From the NCBI GenBank assembly GCA_044356215.1, contig JBIKWQ010000003.1:953-64952 (forward strand): a stretch of DNA of 64,000 nt, read 5' to 3'. Source of the DNA: Bdellovibrionota bacterium (GTDB taxonomy: Bacteria > Bdellovibrionota_C > UBA2361 > OMII01). Shown here piece by piece: positions 19,702 to 30,265 of this stretch. Numbering within the stretch: the stretch's first letter is position 1; the number at the start of each line of letters is the position of its first letter. The position numbers and the translations under genes are program-made. The notes beneath the pieces are model-generated. The model did no database searches. It worked only from the letters and a program-made list of their open reading frames with translations, and was not told the origin of the DNA.

Positions 19702-20544
19702 CTAGGCTCTACGGCCTTCCAAATGAAAAACCCGTCGATAGCGCTCCTGCAGCTTTTTAGCCTTACTCTCCGAGTGCTCAACCCTCACGCTACACGACCA
19801 ACGACGACTGAGAAGAAGCTTGCGCAGCGACGCCCCTCCTTCGATCACTGTTCGGCTATCGTTTAATATACTCCTTAGTCTTAGCGCGAGCTCACGCGGA
19901 ATCTCCACTCTTAAAACGTATGGGCCGATCGTCGTGATATAAATATTCTCCTCTCCCTTAAATCCTCGCTCGGCAAATGTATAGTGAATTAAGTCCGACA
20001 CACGCGTCTTTACCCATGACTTCTCTATTGCTGAGGAACCGCCAAGAATTACATAGAGATTTCTTGATGACGCGTGAGTCGCCGCTTTAAACTGTTTTTC
20101 GACCTCCTCTTGAATAAGGGTAAACCATGCGGCAGGGCACCACTCATAGGTTACGCCATCAGAAACCTGTCTTCTAAGTGCTAGGGTCAATTGGACATAC
20201 ATCGCGTCCATACGGCAGAGATCATGAAACTTCCAGCGCCTCTTCTCTCCAACGGGTGGAAGCTCAAGAACCTCGGCTAGGTTTCGCACGTAATTTTTCT
20301 GAATATTGTAGGCTAGATCAGCCAGATCCTCGATCCATAAAAAACTAAGAGAGAAATTCTCGCCAACTTTTACAACACTCCCCAAAGCTTGGAGTTTACG
20401 AAGCTCATGGTAAACCCCTTGAATGGAGCACTCTCTTCCCTTGGCGAGTATGCGCGCGTGAAGGGTCTTAGCGCTTTGACGGGGCCGGTCCGCGAGAAAT
20501 CGAATTAGTAGCTCATCTAGATTATTTGTTCCGTGAGGGATCAT
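19702..20544 (-). CDS. hypothetical protein with N-terminal winged-helix-like segment; possible transcriptional regulator
   Basis: 280-aa ORF. The N-terminal segment KTLHARILAKGRECSIQGVYHELRKLQALGSVVKV looks like an HTH/wHTH. The rest is unrecognised. Confidence 0.5.
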   Translation of the reverse strand: MIPHGTNNLDELLIRFLADRPRQSAKTLHARILAKGRECSIQGVYHELRKLQALGSVVKVGENFSLSFLWIEDLADLAYNIQKNYVRNLAEVLELPPVGEKRRWKFHDLCRMDAMYVQLTLALRRQVSDGVTYEWCPAAWFTLIQEEVEKQFKAATHASSRNLYVILGGSSAIEKSWVKTRVSDLIHYTFAERGFKGEENIYITTIGPYVLRVEIPRELALRLRSILNDSRTVIEGGASLRKLLLSRRWSCSVRVEHSESKAKKLQERYRRVFHLEGRRA

Positions 20545-20564
20545 TTTAACGCATTTACTTGTTG

Positions 20565-20581
20565 TTAAAGTATTACTTTAA
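20565..20581. promoter_or_regulatory. perfect palindrome TTAAAGTA-t-TACTTTAA in the divergent promoter region
   Basis: 8-bp arms with a 1-bp spacer. It lies 21-37 bp upstream of the 19702-20544 gene start and about 75 bp upstream of the ACT-domain gene. Confidence 0.3.
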
Positions 20582-20657
20582 TACCTCACCCAAATCGAAA
20601 CAAGTGTGGTTCAGTGAGACATAATATTCTAGGTTTGTTGCTAGAGGAGAACATTCC

Positions 20658-21056
20658 ATGATTACCGACCTTAACCAACTTATGTCTGAGATGAATCCCG
20701 TCTTGACGGAATCAAACTACGCATTCTGCAGCTTGACTAAGTCTCAGCGAGAGGAACTTAAAGAAGACCCTCTATTAGAATTCAAGGAAAAAGAGGGAAT
20801 TACCGTCGTAATCACTCAAGCTGGCGCCGCCAAGTATGGATTCTCCTGGGAGTTCCCATCTCGCATGATAACGTTGCAAGTGTACTCGAGCCTTAACGCG
20901 GTGGGCTTTATGGCGGCTATCACCTCTCGTCTTGCCAGCCGCGGTATTAGCGTACAAGCCGTATCAGCTTTTCACCATGACTATTTATTTGTCCCGGAGA
21001 ATAGAGCTGAGGAGGCGTTGGAGGTGCTGCTGCAGTACAACACGGCTGCCTATTAA
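20658..21056 (+). CDS. ACT domain-containing small protein
   Basis: 132 aa. The C-terminal segment MITLQVYSSLNAVGFMAAITSRLASRGISVQAVSAFHHDYLFVPENRAEEALEVL has the beta-alpha-beta-beta-alpha-beta pattern of ACT regulatory domains. The RBS is GAGGAGA. Confidence 0.55.
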   Translation: MITDLNQLMSEMNPVLTESNYAFCSLTKSQREELKEDPLLEFKEKEGITVVITQAGAAKYGFSWEFPSRMITLQVYSSLNAVGFMAAITSRLASRGISVQAVSAFHHDYLFVPENRAEEALEVLLQYNTAAY

Positions 21057-21118
21057 ATCTTGCCAGCTTTGCTAATAACCGCTTAGGATTATCCAAGTTA
21101 TTACGGAACATTTGAGAT

Positions 21119-21829
21119 ATGCAGAAAAAATATGCAGTAATAATCGGCGCTAGTCGTGGAATAGGTCAAGCAATTGCTATTACACTCTCTAGTAAGGGCT
21201 TCAGCACTATCCTAGTTGGACGATCTAAAGACGGACTTGAGGAGACGGCTGCCATCTGCGCGAAGCACGCGGAATCCAAAATTATCGTTGGTGACATTAC
21301 TTCCAACATCTCAGAGATAGTTACCAATGTAAATTCGATTACATCATCTATCTCCGTCTTATGGCTAGGAGCGGCTGGATTCAGTGAAGAGCCGGTCTCT
21401 CAAATCGATGCGGTCTCTATACGCGAGCTAATCCGGTCCGGATTCGAGTCTCTAGTCGAGATGGTTCATTATCTCTACCCACTTCTAGCGGAGGGACGCG
21501 GTCATGTAATCGGCGCGTGCTCCGACTGGTCAGATTTTCTCTCCGGTGGACCGAGTGTCTTCGGATCAACTAAGGTCGCTCTCGCTGGATTCCTCGATAA
21601 ACTAAGAGTAGAAGCAAGACCTGATGGTGTCCAGGTCACCGCCTTAAAAATGGGTAATGTCTCAAACTCTCAGGGATTTAGACTTGGAGATACAGATCGC
21701 CAGATTCAAGAGACCGGAACCAGCTTAGTCGCGCTTGAGGATGTTTGCGCCGCGATTGAATTCATTATCTCACGAAAAACCGGCACCATCTCAGAGATGA
21801 CCCTGATCCCCGCTGATCTTGGTCGGTAA
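21119..21829 (+). CDS. short-chain dehydrogenase/reductase (SDR) family oxidoreductase
   Basis: It has the N-terminal cofactor motif AVIIGASRGIGQAIA and is 236 aa. The catalytic Tyr/Lys region is divergent (GSTKVALAGF). Confidence 0.75.
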   Translation: MQKKYAVIIGASRGIGQAIAITLSSKGFSTILVGRSKDGLEETAAICAKHAESKIIVGDITSNISEIVTNVNSITSSISVLWLGAAGFSEEPVSQIDAVSIRELIRSGFESLVEMVHYLYPLLAEGRGHVIGACSDWSDFLSGGPSVFGSTKVALAGFLDKLRVEARPDGVQVTALKMGNVSNSQGFRLGDTDRQIQETGTSLVALEDVCAAIEFIISRKTGTISEMTLIPADLGR

Positions 21830-23872
21830 TTAGAACCTCACCCGAACCCCCGCCATCGCTGATGCCCCTGGCAGCGGCGCTACGTCTTTAATAAAAGATA
21901 CATGATTTCTCGCCTTCTCAGAGAGTAGGTTCGTACCTCTAACAAATAACTCAACTCCTCCACCTACGTCCTTGCTTAAGTACAGATTCAACATCGTGTA
22001 ACCATCTGTTGATGTCTCGAAATCCGCGGTGCGATTCTGCGCGAAGACGTGCTGCGCCTCTATGCGGGCACGTAGGAGATCTTTGTTGTAATAGGTACTA
22101 CCTACGGTAAGCCTAAACGGAGTAATCCTTGGTAGAGCCTCATCATTGTCACGGTCTTGCGCCCACACATAATCAGGCTGAAGATCAAATGACAGCTCCT
22201 CACCCGGCCGATCAACTAAAAAGTAAGCGACCTGCGATTCAAATCCATAAAAATCGGCATTTACAGCCTGAAACGCATATACCGGCAGATCGTCTTCCTC
22301 TTTTCCTGTAGGATTAAGACTAATGTAATCCCAGAACCGATTGTAGAAGCCCCCGATAAATCCACGAACCCTACCCTCTTTCTTCCTCAGTGTCAGGTCT
22401 GTCCCTAAAGAGCGCTCTATACCAAGCTCAGCATCGCCTACCTCAAACGCCCCTGTAGCCACATGCGGACCGTTCGCAAATAGCTCTTGGCCCGTTGGCG
22501 CGCGCTCGGTGTGCGCTACAGAGAGAGCCAAAGCATAATCCGGCATAAAATCCCACACCGCCCCGGCGCTCTGACTAAACGTGTTCAGATCTACGTCAAG
22601 GTTATCCTCATCTGCTGATTCGAATCCAGTCGACGACAAACGATTCCAGTCGTAGCGACCGCCTAGTTGCAGCGTTAGCTTTTCGCTAACTAATAGCTCC
22701 TCTAAACCAAATAAAGAGTATGTTGTAGTATCAGTAGGCGGCTGGAAAGCTTCTTCACCGACTGCCTCAAAGCTACTATCCTGTAGTTGCAAACCCCAGG
22801 CACCTTTTACCGAAGACACCTCTCGGTGCGTTAAATCAAGTCTGGTATCAATTCCATTTTGGCGAAACTTTGTCCCTGTATCAGCCCCCTCGTACTCGGT
22901 GTGATCATAATCGACGATACCAGCGCGCACAGTCGCTGATTCAATAAACGCGCCGGTGTCGCGAACTCCTCCTCGTACATCAACGCGCCTCCTTCTTGCA
23001 TCAACGCTGATATCCGGTTCTCCATTTGGAACTCCATAAAGAGAGTTATACTCACTAACAGCGGCCCCCAAGAAGCCTTTATCAAAGATATAGCTACTAC
23101 CTAGAGTGATGTTATCGCTGTCAGTCGCGCTAAAAGGAACTTTACCTTTAGGTTCTGGATACTCGATCTCGTTATCATTTCGTTGCTGGGCGGTGCGGGC
23201 GAAGCCTGGAATATCATAATCGTCTGAGCGACGTTTAAATCCATCGAATTGAAATACAAACGGGCCCGCTGGCGCGTCCAAACTTAAAACTCCCGCTCTT
23301 GTGCGATCTACAGACTCTCCACGGATCTCCGCAGTTCCTGAGACTGGCTTATCGATCATCTTCTCAGCTATGCGGTTATCAAATACGTTAACAACTCCTC
23401 CAACAGCACTAGTGCCGTATAGAAGCGACGCGGGACCACGAACGACCTCGATACGATCAACTAAAGTAGACTCCACTGTTACCGCGTGATCAGGGCTGAC
23501 ATTTGAGATATCAAGAGTACCAACTCCGTTCTCAAGGATTCTTATGCGATCTCCCCCAATACCACGTATTACTGGACGCCCGGCTCCTGGACCGAAGCTT
23601 GATGAGGTAATTCCTGGCTCCTGCGCGAGCGTATCTCCTAAGTTGTTACGCGCCTTTTCATCTAGATCAATTCCAGTAAGTACCGAGACCGATTGAGCTG
23701 AGTTAAAAAGGGTATCTTGTAGCGCTGATGATTCAACCACCACTTTGTCTAAATGATACTCAGGATCTGAGTGCCCATGTATATCTTGATTATCAGCGTC
23801 GGCTGAGGAAACCGTAAGACATGCTATCGCTAAAAAATATGAAATATTCCGCAAATAAAAGTTATTCGTCAT
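21830..23872 (-). CDS. TonB-dependent outer-membrane receptor
   Basis: 680 aa. It has a signal peptide, a TonB-box-like DKVVVES, plug and beta-barrel regions, and a C-terminal aromatic residue (GVRVRF). It lies immediately downstream of a Fur-family regulator gene. Confidence 0.9.
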   Translation of the reverse strand: MTNNFYLRNISYFLAIACLTVSSADADNQDIHGHSDPEYHLDKVVVESSALQDTLFNSAQSVSVLTGIDLDEKARNNLGDTLAQEPGITSSSFGPGAGRPVIRGIGGDRIRILENGVGTLDISNVSPDHAVTVESTLVDRIEVVRGPASLLYGTSAVGGVVNVFDNRIAEKMIDKPVSGTAEIRGESVDRTRAGVLSLDAPAGPFVFQFDGFKRRSDDYDIPGFARTAQQRNDNEIEYPEPKGKVPFSATDSDNITLGSSYIFDKGFLGAAVSEYNSLYGVPNGEPDISVDARRRRVDVRGGVRDTGAFIESATVRAGIVDYDHTEYEGADTGTKFRQNGIDTRLDLTHREVSSVKGAWGLQLQDSSFEAVGEEAFQPPTDTTTYSLFGLEELLVSEKLTLQLGGRYDWNRLSSTGFESADEDNLDVDLNTFSQSAGAVWDFMPDYALALSVAHTERAPTGQELFANGPHVATGAFEVGDAELGIERSLGTDLTLRKKEGRVRGFIGGFYNRFWDYISLNPTGKEEDDLPVYAFQAVNADFYGFESQVAYFLVDRPGEELSFDLQPDYVWAQDRDNDEALPRITPFRLTVGSTYYNKDLLRARIEAQHVFAQNRTADFETSTDGYTMLNLYLSKDVGGGVELFVRGTNLLSEKARNHVSFIKDVAPLPGASAMAGVRVRF

Positions 23873-23900
23873 AAATTCTCCCCATTAAGATCTGTTCTGT

Positions 23901-24296
23901 TTAGCGACACTGCTTACAACTGCCGTAAAGCACCACTTCATGCCTGGTAATGGCGAACCCCGTCGGAACCCGAGCGTCTACACGCAATCCGCACCCAGGA
24001 ACATCAAAAACTTTTCCGCAATCATCGCAGTGAAAATGGTGGTGGTGATGATCAGCTTTAATTTTCGTCTCGTACCTATCTGACTCACCTGGAAGTGATA
24101 CAGCGACTATCTTTTGATCATCTTGCAGCGCACGGAGCGTTCGATAGACCGTGGCTACGCTAACTTTAGGTAGATCTTTAAGAGCCGCCTGATGCACCTC
24201 AGCGGGGCTCAAGGGGCGTCCTGACTGCTCAATAATCGACCAAACCAATCTTTTCTGCTTAGTGCTGCGAGTTTTAAGGTCCATAAATGTTACCAA
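23901..24296 (-). CDS. Fur family metalloregulator (Fur/Zur-like)
   Basis: It has a winged helix and the metal-site motif HHHHHFHCDDCGKVFDV...C..C. The track start at 24296 is TTG, and a more likely ATG is at 24284-24282 (MDLKT...). A 28-bp gap separates it from the downstream TonB receptor gene. Confidence 0.85.
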   Translation of the reverse strand: MVTFMDLKTRSTKQKRLVWSIIEQSGRPLSPAEVHQAALKDLPKVSVATVYRTLRALQDDQKIVAVSLPGESDRYETKIKADHHHHHFHCDDCGKVFDVPGCGLRVDARVPTGFAITRHEVVLYGSCKQCR

Positions 24297-24314
24297 TAGC
24301 GAGTTTTGCTATTG
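24294..24314. promoter_or_regulatory. palindrome CAATAGC-N7-GCTATTG at the 5' end of the Fur-family gene; candidate Fur/Zur-type autoregulatory box
   Basis: Perfect 7-bp inverted repeat with a 7-bp spacer. It overlaps the start region of the regulator gene. Confidence 0.35.
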
Positions 24315-24471
24315 ATAACGCATTAGCAGTAGGGGGTCAAGGGGGCTCGCTGAGGAAGCTTTACCCTGAATTACACACTTGCCCAACCGTTACTTTTAAC
24401 GTAATCATCATAAAAACAACCGTTACTTTAAACGGTTTTCCTTACATATCACCCGTCACTTATAGCATAAA

Positions 24472-25803
24472 ATGCTCCAACATATTGATATTACTAGAAC
24501 AGCATACCAAAAACTTGACACATGGCTAGAATCTAAATTTCGCAAGCCAATTCTTGTTCGAGGAGCCAGGCAGGTTGGAAAGTCTTTTACTGTAAGAACA
24601 TGGGGGCAAAAGAAAGCTGCCGCAGGTCAGTTTTTGGAGATTAATTTCGAAGAGCAACCCTCTTTAAAGTCTATATTTACCAAAGATCTAGTCATCCCAC
24701 GCATCCTGACTGAGCTGCAATTAGCTACAGGTATAAACCTTGAGAAGCCTGGAAGTATCCTTTTTATGGATGAGATCCAAGAGTGCCACGAAGCATTAAT
24801 GGCACTCAGATACTTTGCTGAGAAATATCCACAACTGCCGGTCCTCGCAGCAGGCTCGTTAGTAGATTTTGTTCTCAGTGAAATAGGATTTCCTGTGGGG
24901 CGCATAGATAACCTTGCGTTAACCCCGCTTTCTTTCTTTGAATTTCTCGCGGCCATTGGTAAACAGAAGCAGGTCGCGGAGCTTGCTACTGTATCTATTA
25001 CAACCGCCCTTCCTGAAGCATTACTACAAAGTCTCTTTTTAGATCTTCGATTGTATTTTCGCGTGGGGGGGATGCCTGAAGCTATAGCAGTCTATGCTAG
25101 TACTCACGACTTGAGTGAAGTTAGCAGGGTGCACTCTCGACTTATCAGAAACTACAGAGATGATTTTGCGAAGTATGCCAAGCAAAATGATTGGGAAGCG
25201 CTCAACATAGTATTTGATCGTCTCCCAGCCATGATTGGCCGTAACCGAATCAACTACTCTAAGTTTGATGCTCATATGCGCGGTGAAAAGATTCGTAGAG
25301 CGTTGACGCTACTTTCAACGGCAGGACTAGTTCACCGTGTTATTTCTTCTCAGGCGAACCAACCACCACTAAATGCTGAGAGTGACCCCCGTTTTTTTAA
25401 ACTGTTACTACTCGATATTGGATTGATGCAGGCTATGTTAGGTTTTGATTGGCGAAAAGTACGTCCTGATATGCCTGTTAATGAGATCCATGACGGTGCC
25501 TTTGCTGAGCAGTTTGTTGGCCAAGAGTTAATCTGTTCTGGAAGTAGTGACTCATTTTATCAACCTCATTACTGGTATCGCGGCGTAAAGGGTTCAGAGG
25601 CAGAGGTTGATTACGTCATTGTGCACAAAGGTTGTGTTACACCTGTTGAAGTTAAGTCTGGCTCGCGTGGTACACTGAAAAGTCTGGCGCTGTATCAAGA
25701 GAAATTCACTCCAGCGCAGTGCTTAGTACTTTCCATGCAGAACAGTGTTGAGCTTGAACGGATTAGATGGGTACCATTATTCTTAGCGAGTCGGCTGCTT
25801 TGA
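24472..25803 (+). CDS. AAA-superfamily ATPase (COG1373 / DUF4143-type)
   Basis: It has an N-terminal P-loop (ILVRGARQVGKSF), a Walker B (ILFMDEIQ), and a C-terminal region typical of this ATPase family. The length is 443 aa. Confidence 0.75.
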   Translation: MLQHIDITRTAYQKLDTWLESKFRKPILVRGARQVGKSFTVRTWGQKKAAAGQFLEINFEEQPSLKSIFTKDLVIPRILTELQLATGINLEKPGSILFMDEIQECHEALMALRYFAEKYPQLPVLAAGSLVDFVLSEIGFPVGRIDNLALTPLSFFEFLAAIGKQKQVAELATVSITTALPEALLQSLFLDLRLYFRVGGMPEAIAVYASTHDLSEVSRVHSRLIRNYRDDFAKYAKQNDWEALNIVFDRLPAMIGRNRINYSKFDAHMRGEKIRRALTLLSTAGLVHRVISSQANQPPLNAESDPRFFKLLLLDIGLMQAMLGFDWRKVRPDMPVNEIHDGAFAEQFVGQELICSGSSDSFYQPHYWYRGVKGSEAEVDYVIVHKGCVTPVEVKSGSRGTLKSLALYQEKFTPAQCLVLSMQNSVELERIRWVPLFLASRLL

Positions 25804-25905
25804 AACTTAGCTCGTCTGCTCCCTATTAAGGCTACTCACCGCGCTTCTCAAAAACGGTCAATCCCTGAATAAGCTTTACACGGCCATTATTTAAGGATTG
25901 GCCGC

Positions 25906-26343
25906 CTACCTATAATAATTCCCCAAAGTATTACCGTTATAATGGTAATGCCTATCAGACTCAGGCGGATTTCCTTGGTATCCTTCGTTCCTTAAATCTT
26001 CTCTCAGGGCGTCTAGCTCACGTTGGCGCTCAAAGATCTCCTCTTGGTTGGCGCGAATAATCTCTCCTTTGCGCTCAGCGACCTTAATATCGCTGTTGTA
26101 GTGATATAACGCTCCCAAAGCCAATCCCACCGGCAAACCGATCGCTCCTCCCATTAAGGCGCTCGCTCCTATGTCTCCATTTGAAATCACCGCGCCGATA
26201 ATCGCACCAGTTCCAGCTCCAGCCGCCGCACCCGCTAATCCTCCTGTAGCTACTGGGGCTGTGTACGAACTGCTGCATCCGGTGGCCCCGAGTAATAAAG
26301 CTCCGCTCACCGACAGTGATAAAAATGTTCTTAATAGTTTCAT
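25906..26343 (-). CDS. glycine-zipper outer-membrane lipoprotein (17-kDa antigen / SlyB-like)
   Basis: It has a lipoprotein signal (LLGATGCSS), a Gly-zipper block (GLAGAAAGAGTGAIIGAVISNGDIGASALMGGAIGLPVGLALGAL) and a charged C-terminal tail. Confidence 0.7.
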   Translation of the reverse strand: MKLLRTFLSLSVSGALLLGATGCSSSYTAPVATGGLAGAAAGAGTGAIIGAVISNGDIGASALMGGAIGLPVGLALGALYHYNSDIKVAERKGEIIRANQEEIFERQRELDALREDLRNEGYQGNPPESDRHYHYNGNTLGNYYR

Positions 26344-26694
26344 ACTAAAACTCTCTTAAAAGCGCCGAAGCGGTCTTTTAGAGTGTTATGGTGAATGGGC
26401 GGGGGAGTGTGACACGGAAAAGCTGGATATTTTAAACATTGATATATCAGAGGTTTAGGCTTGGCCATCATGCATCGGGGCGAGATTTGGCGCTCCAATT
26501 TAAGCCCGCTTAATTCCACCATATTCTATCAATTCACACAGATCTCACGCCCAAGGTGTGAATTTTCAATGAAAATCAACACCTTATACGTCCAAATTCT
26601 TGCGCTTCCCCAAAACCCCCTTTAGCATCAAGTATATAGGTCATTACACGCATCACATAGAGAATCCGATTAAAGCGCCCCCTACTGATATCTC

Positions 26695-29424
26695 ATGATT
26701 AAAAAGATCCCAAACGCCGAAAAGCTCCGCCTGCAAGAGGACGCCGACCGGTCTAAGAACTGGAAGCGTTGGGGTCCCTACCTCTCTGAGCGCCAGTGGG
26801 GAACGGTACGCGAAGACTACTCACCCGACGGATCTGTTTGGAATTACTTTACTCACGACCAGTCACGGAGCCGTGCTTACCGCTGGGGTGAGGATGGGCT
26901 GCTTGGGATCACTGATAGGCAGTGCCGCATCTGTTTCTCATTCGCGTTTTGGAACGGGCGTGACACCATCCTAAAAGAGCGGCTCTTCGGTCTAGGAGGA
27001 ACGGAAGGAAATCACGGCGAGGATGTAAAGGAGTGCTACTACTATTTAGACTCATCTCCTACTCACTCATACATGCGCGCTCTTTATAAGTATCCACAAA
27101 GAGCTTTCCCTTACGATCAATTGGTGCAGCAAAATAGATCGCGTGGACGTGGGGTTCCTGAGTTTGAGCTTGCAGACACCGGCATATTTGATAACCATGA
27201 ATACTTCGATCTAGAGATTGAGTACGCCAAAGCTGGTCCAGAAGATCTGCTGATACGTTTAACGGCGCGCAATAGAGACAACAAAGCCGCGCCACTTAGA
27301 ATTATCCCAACTATCTGGTTTCGAAATACGTGGGGCTGGGGCCGCACAGGAGAGGGATACACTACAAAACCATCTCTCTCCGCTATCTCCCCGGACCAGT
27401 TCCTACTACTTCACCCAAACCTAGATCCTTATATCTTTAGAGCTGAAGCTAGCGAATTGGCGTCACATCCTACACCTTTATTCACTGAAAATGAATCGAA
27501 TCGATTCCGGCTGTTCGGCGGCGAGAATCAGACCCCGTATGTTAAAGATGCTTTTCACTCTTATATAATCGAGGGAAAAAGCGATTCTGTAAATTCAAAG
27601 CTTAATGGGACAAAAGCCGGGTTGCTCTACTCAATCGAGATACCAGCACGTGGCTCTGTAAGCTTAAATTTCTCACTAAGACTATCTAGCGAACACAGCA
27701 AGGTTTTATCCGCTGATGAATTCGATCAGATCATTAGCTCTAGGCGCGAAGAGTGCCAGGAATTCTACGATTCCGTTGTTCCGCCGAATGCATCGCCGGA
27801 GCAACGAAAGATCCTCACTCAGGCATACGCGGGACTTCTCTGGACTAAGCAGTTTTACTATTACTCTGTGCGTGAGTGGCTTGAGGGGGATCCAACTCAG
27901 CCAACACCCGCTCCATCACGTCGGTCACTCAAAAATTCGGAGTGGGAACACCTATATAATAGAGACATAATCTCTGTTCCTGACAAATGGGAATACCCTT
28001 GGTACGCGGCTTGGGACCTCGCTTTCCACATGATCCCTTTCTGTAAGATCGATCCCGACTTCGCCAAGAGTCAGCTCCTACTATTCCTTCGCGAATGGTA
28101 CATGCATCCAAATGGACAGATACCAGCTTATGAGTTTGGATTCTCTAACGTAAACCCTCCAGTACACGCCTGGGCCTGTTGGCGTGTTTACCAGATCACA
28201 TCAAAAGATGGCGCGCCCGATCGACTCTTTCTTAAGCGCGCGTTTACAAAGCTTTTAATGAACTTTACCTGGTGGGTAAATCGCAAAGACTCTAGCGGGA
28301 GAAATCTATTCGCTGGGGGCTTCTTGGGACTTGATAATATCGGAGTATTCGATAGAAGCGCTCCGCTTCCAAAGGGAGGTAGTCTACAACAAGCTGACGC
28401 AACCGCGTGGATGGCTTTTTATTGCACGACAATGTTGTCGATGGCGCTTGAGCTAGCGACCGAGGACGAGGAGTATGAGGATCTAGCTTCAAAATTCTTT
28501 GAGCATTTTATCGCCATCTCATCAGCGATAAATAATTTCGGGGGAACCGGTCTTTGGGATGAGCTAGATGGTTTTTATTACGACCAGTTAGAGCTTGAGA
28601 CAACAACTATTCCACTAAGAGCTCGTTCATTAGTTGGAGTAATTCCGATGCTCGTGGTTGAGATCCTCAAAGACTCAAAGATCCGGGCTCTACCAGGATT
28701 TAAGAAACGGCTCGATTGGTTTATCGCTAATAACCCTGAACTAGCCAAACAGCTAGATACGTCGAGTCGCGCTCGACAGAGCGAAGATGGGTCCGGAGAT
28801 AAACTCTTATCGATCCCATCGACAAAGCAGCTAAGGCGGCTGTTAGCTTATGTTTTAGATGAGAAGGAATTTCTCTCACCTTATGGGATGCGCTCATTAT
28901 CAAGGATTCACGCTGAGTATCCCTACCGTCTGACCCTAGAGAATAAAGACTACGGGATCGACTACTGTCCTGGTGACTCAAACACCGATTTCTTCGGTGG
29001 CAACTCCAACTGGCGTGGCCCAGTGTGGTTCCCGATGAACGCGCTTTTGATTGAAGCCTTGGATAAATATCACGAGTTTTACGGGGATGATTTTAAAGTC
29101 GAGTGTCCGACAGGATCTGGCGTCTTTATGAATCTTAGCGAGGTAGCGACCGAGCTGTCACGTAGATTAACAGATCTTTTTATGCCTAATTCCGAGGGCT
29201 TTAGACCTTGCCACGGCGATTCACCGCTATACGCAACCGATAGAAACTGGCGCGATTTAGTGCTGTTTTACGAGCACTTTCACGGAGACACCGGCCGCGG
29301 AATAGGAGCCAGCCATCAGACTGGTTGGACGGCTTTAGTGACTGAGTGTATCGAAAGGCTAGGCTTCCCCGCTAAAGATTACTGTCGCAAAGTATCAACG
29401 CGAAAAACAGGGGAAGATAAATAA
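26695..29424 (+). CDS. large glycoside hydrolase, GH63-like (processing alpha-glucosidase / MGH family)
   Basis: 909 aa. The N-terminal beta-domain is followed by an (alpha/alpha)6-barrel region with many conserved Trp, Asp and Glu residues (e.g. [21 protein letters not shown]). I assigned the family from memory of these motifs, not from a search. Confidence 0.55.
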   Translation: MIKKIPNAEKLRLQEDADRSKNWKRWGPYLSERQWGTVREDYSPDGSVWNYFTHDQSRSRAYRWGEDGLLGITDRQCRICFSFAFWNGRDTILKERLFGLGGTEGNHGEDVKECYYYLDSSPTHSYMRALYKYPQRAFPYDQLVQQNRSRGRGVPEFELADTGIFDNHEYFDLEIEYAKAGPEDLLIRLTARNRDNKAAPLRIIPTIWFRNTWGWGRTGEGYTTKPSLSAISPDQFLLLHPNLDPYIFRAEASELASHPTPLFTENESNRFRLFGGENQTPYVKDAFHSYIIEGKSDSVNSKLNGTKAGLLYSIEIPARGSVSLNFSLRLSSEHSKVLSADEFDQIISSRREECQEFYDSVVPPNASPEQRKILTQAYAGLLWTKQFYYYSVREWLEGDPTQPTPAPSRRSLKNSEWEHLYNRDIISVPDKWEYPWYAAWDLAFHMIPFCKIDPDFAKSQLLLFLREWYMHPNGQIPAYEFGFSNVNPPVHAWACWRVYQITSKDGAPDRLFLKRAFTKLLMNFTWWVNRKDSSGRNLFAGGFLGLDNIGVFDRSAPLPKGGSLQQADATAWMAFYCTTMLSMALELATEDEEYEDLASKFFEHFIAISSAINNFGGTGLWDELDGFYYDQLELETTTIPLRARSLVGVIPMLVVEILKDSKIRALPGFKKRLDWFIANNPELAKQLDTSSRARQSEDGSGDKLLSIPSTKQLRRLLAYVLDEKEFLSPYGMRSLSRIHAEYPYRLTLENKDYGIDYCPGDSNTDFFGGNSNWRGPVWFPMNALLIEALDKYHEFYGDDFKVECPTGSGVFMNLSEVATELSRRLTDLFMPNSEGFRPCHGDSPLYATDRNWRDLVLFYEHFHGDTGRGIGASHQTGWTALVTECIERLGFPAKDYCRKVSTRKTGEDK

Positions 29425-30265
29425 CGCTGGCCTGAAGTAGTAGCCTTGCATCACCTATAGAGCGTGTCCGCCACGATCTTATTCCAACCCCTAGCATCGC
29501 CACTCCGAGCGCTAGCATGCCGGCCGCGTAAACTACACCCGCCATCTGAAACATATATGGCAGCAGCGATACAGGTATCAAAAGCACCGAGAAACCGAGG
29601 ATCTGTCTAAAGGTGCGCACGCCATCTGGATAAACTACCGGCAACATCTTGAATCCACCACGCGCGTAGTCGTCTCGGTACATCCATGCTATCGCGTAAA
29701 AGTGCGGATGTTGCCAAACAAAAAGGATCAGAAAAATTATCCACGCCCCTAATCCAACCTCACCCGTTGCGGCTGCCCATCCCCCCATCGGAGGTAAGGC
29801 CCCTGGAATAGCCCCGATTACTGTATTCCACCACGTAATCCGTTTAAGTGGAGTGTAGACCACTACGTATAAAAAAGTCGTTAAGAGAGAGAGGAAGCCC
29901 GTTAGCAGGTTTACCTGCCAGATTAAGATAGACACTCCAAGGAGCGCCGTGATCCAACCGAAATTTAGCGCCTCATTAGGAGACAAGACTCCACGTTGAA
30001 TCGGTCTACTCTTGGTGCGATTCATCTCAAGATCGCAATCGCGCTCTAGGTAGTTATTTAGAGCGGCGGCACCAGCGGAGCTGATCGCTGTTCCCAAAAG
30101 CGCCATAAAGAAGGTCCATAAAGGCTCAACTGTCTGGGCACCCAAGAAATACCCCGCGGCGGTCATCAGAACGACCATTACTAAGATCCTTGGCTTACTA
30201 AGGGCGATAAAACCCGATAGCTTTGACCCATTTGATTTCGCGGAAATTGTCATATTAGAGATCAA
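29372..30265 (-). CDS. cyoE: protoheme IX farnesyltransferase (haem O synthase), UbiA family
   Basis: It has multiple TM helices and the UbiA Asp-rich motif NNYLERDCDLEMNRTKSRP. It is 297 aa. The 3' end overlaps the convergent GH63 gene by 53 bp. Confidence 0.85.
   Translation of the reverse strand: MISNMTISAKSNGSKLSGFIALSKPRILVMVVLMTAAGYFLGAQTVEPLWTFFMALLGTAISSAGAAALNNYLERDCDLEMNRTKSRPIQRGVLSPNEALNFGWITALLGVSILIWQVNLLTGFLSLLTTFLYVVVYTPLKRITWWNTVIGAIPGALPPMGGWAAATGEVGLGAWIIFLILFVWQHPHFYAIAWMYRDDYARGGFKMLPVVYPDGVRTFRQILGFSVLLIPVSLLPYMFQMAGVVYAAGMLALGVAMLGVGIRSWRTRSIGDARLLLQASVIYLPLFFALILCDSNL

Noticed and set aside
26340-26522. 60-aa minus-strand ORF overlapping the glycine-zipper lipoprotein start region
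   Set aside because: It overlaps the 5' end of a confidently called gene by 4 nt in the same orientation. It has no motifs and poor coding look.
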